64,000 nucleotides of DNA from Chiloscyllium plagiosum. Lineage: Eukaryota. Location: NCBI RefSeq assembly GCF_004010195.1, contig NC_057718.1, positions 8,538,494 through 8,602,493 on the forward strand, written 5' to 3'. The notes under the pieces are model-generated. The model was not told the DNA's origin, did not search any database, and was given only the letters and a program-made list of their open reading frames with translations. Positions 63,885 through 64,000 of the stretch are shown piece after piece; position 1 is the stretch's first letter, and every line of letters starts with the position of its first letter. The position numbers and the translations under genes were made by a program.

Positions 63885-64000
63885 ATAGACTCTTAGAGTC
63901 ATAGGGTGGTAGAGATGTACAGCGTGGAAACAAAACCTTCGGTCCAACCCGTCCATGCCGACCAGATATCCCAACCCAATCTAGTCCCACCTGCCAACAC
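63885..64000 (-). mobile_element. CR1 3' UTR (runs off the window)
   Basis: Nearly identical to 30675-30770. Confidence 0.9.

Overview
This is repeat-dense vertebrate genomic DNA with three assembly gaps. It is most likely intronic or intergenic sequence from a shark: it carries HE1-like tRNA-derived SINEs that share a 3' tail with CR1/HER1-type LINEs, plus Deu-domain SINEs. I could not identify any host protein-coding exon. The ORF track is explained by decayed retroelements (CR1, Penelope-like Poseidon and Neptune clades, Rex1/Babar, RTE/BovB, a second Jockey-group LINE), solo LTRs, a pogo/Tigger-like MITE and a 3-kb 24-bp minisatellite. The most notable structures are: (1) many short, often head-to-head palindromic Penelope-like ends carrying minimal hammerhead ribozyme motifs and 10-17 bp target-site duplications; (2) a 194-bp-arm fold-back inverted duplication inside a Rex1 element; (3) an unclassified element with inverted termini at 45.5-45.9 kb; (4) a 184-bp templated copy of unique flank plus PLE end; (5) a minisatellite apparently born inside a LINE 3' UTR; and (6) TE-free islands with Pbx-Hox/Meis motifs that may be enhancers. 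I see no convincing new multi-gene system. Family names come from recognising motifs by eye, not from database searches, and boundaries of old repeats are approximate.
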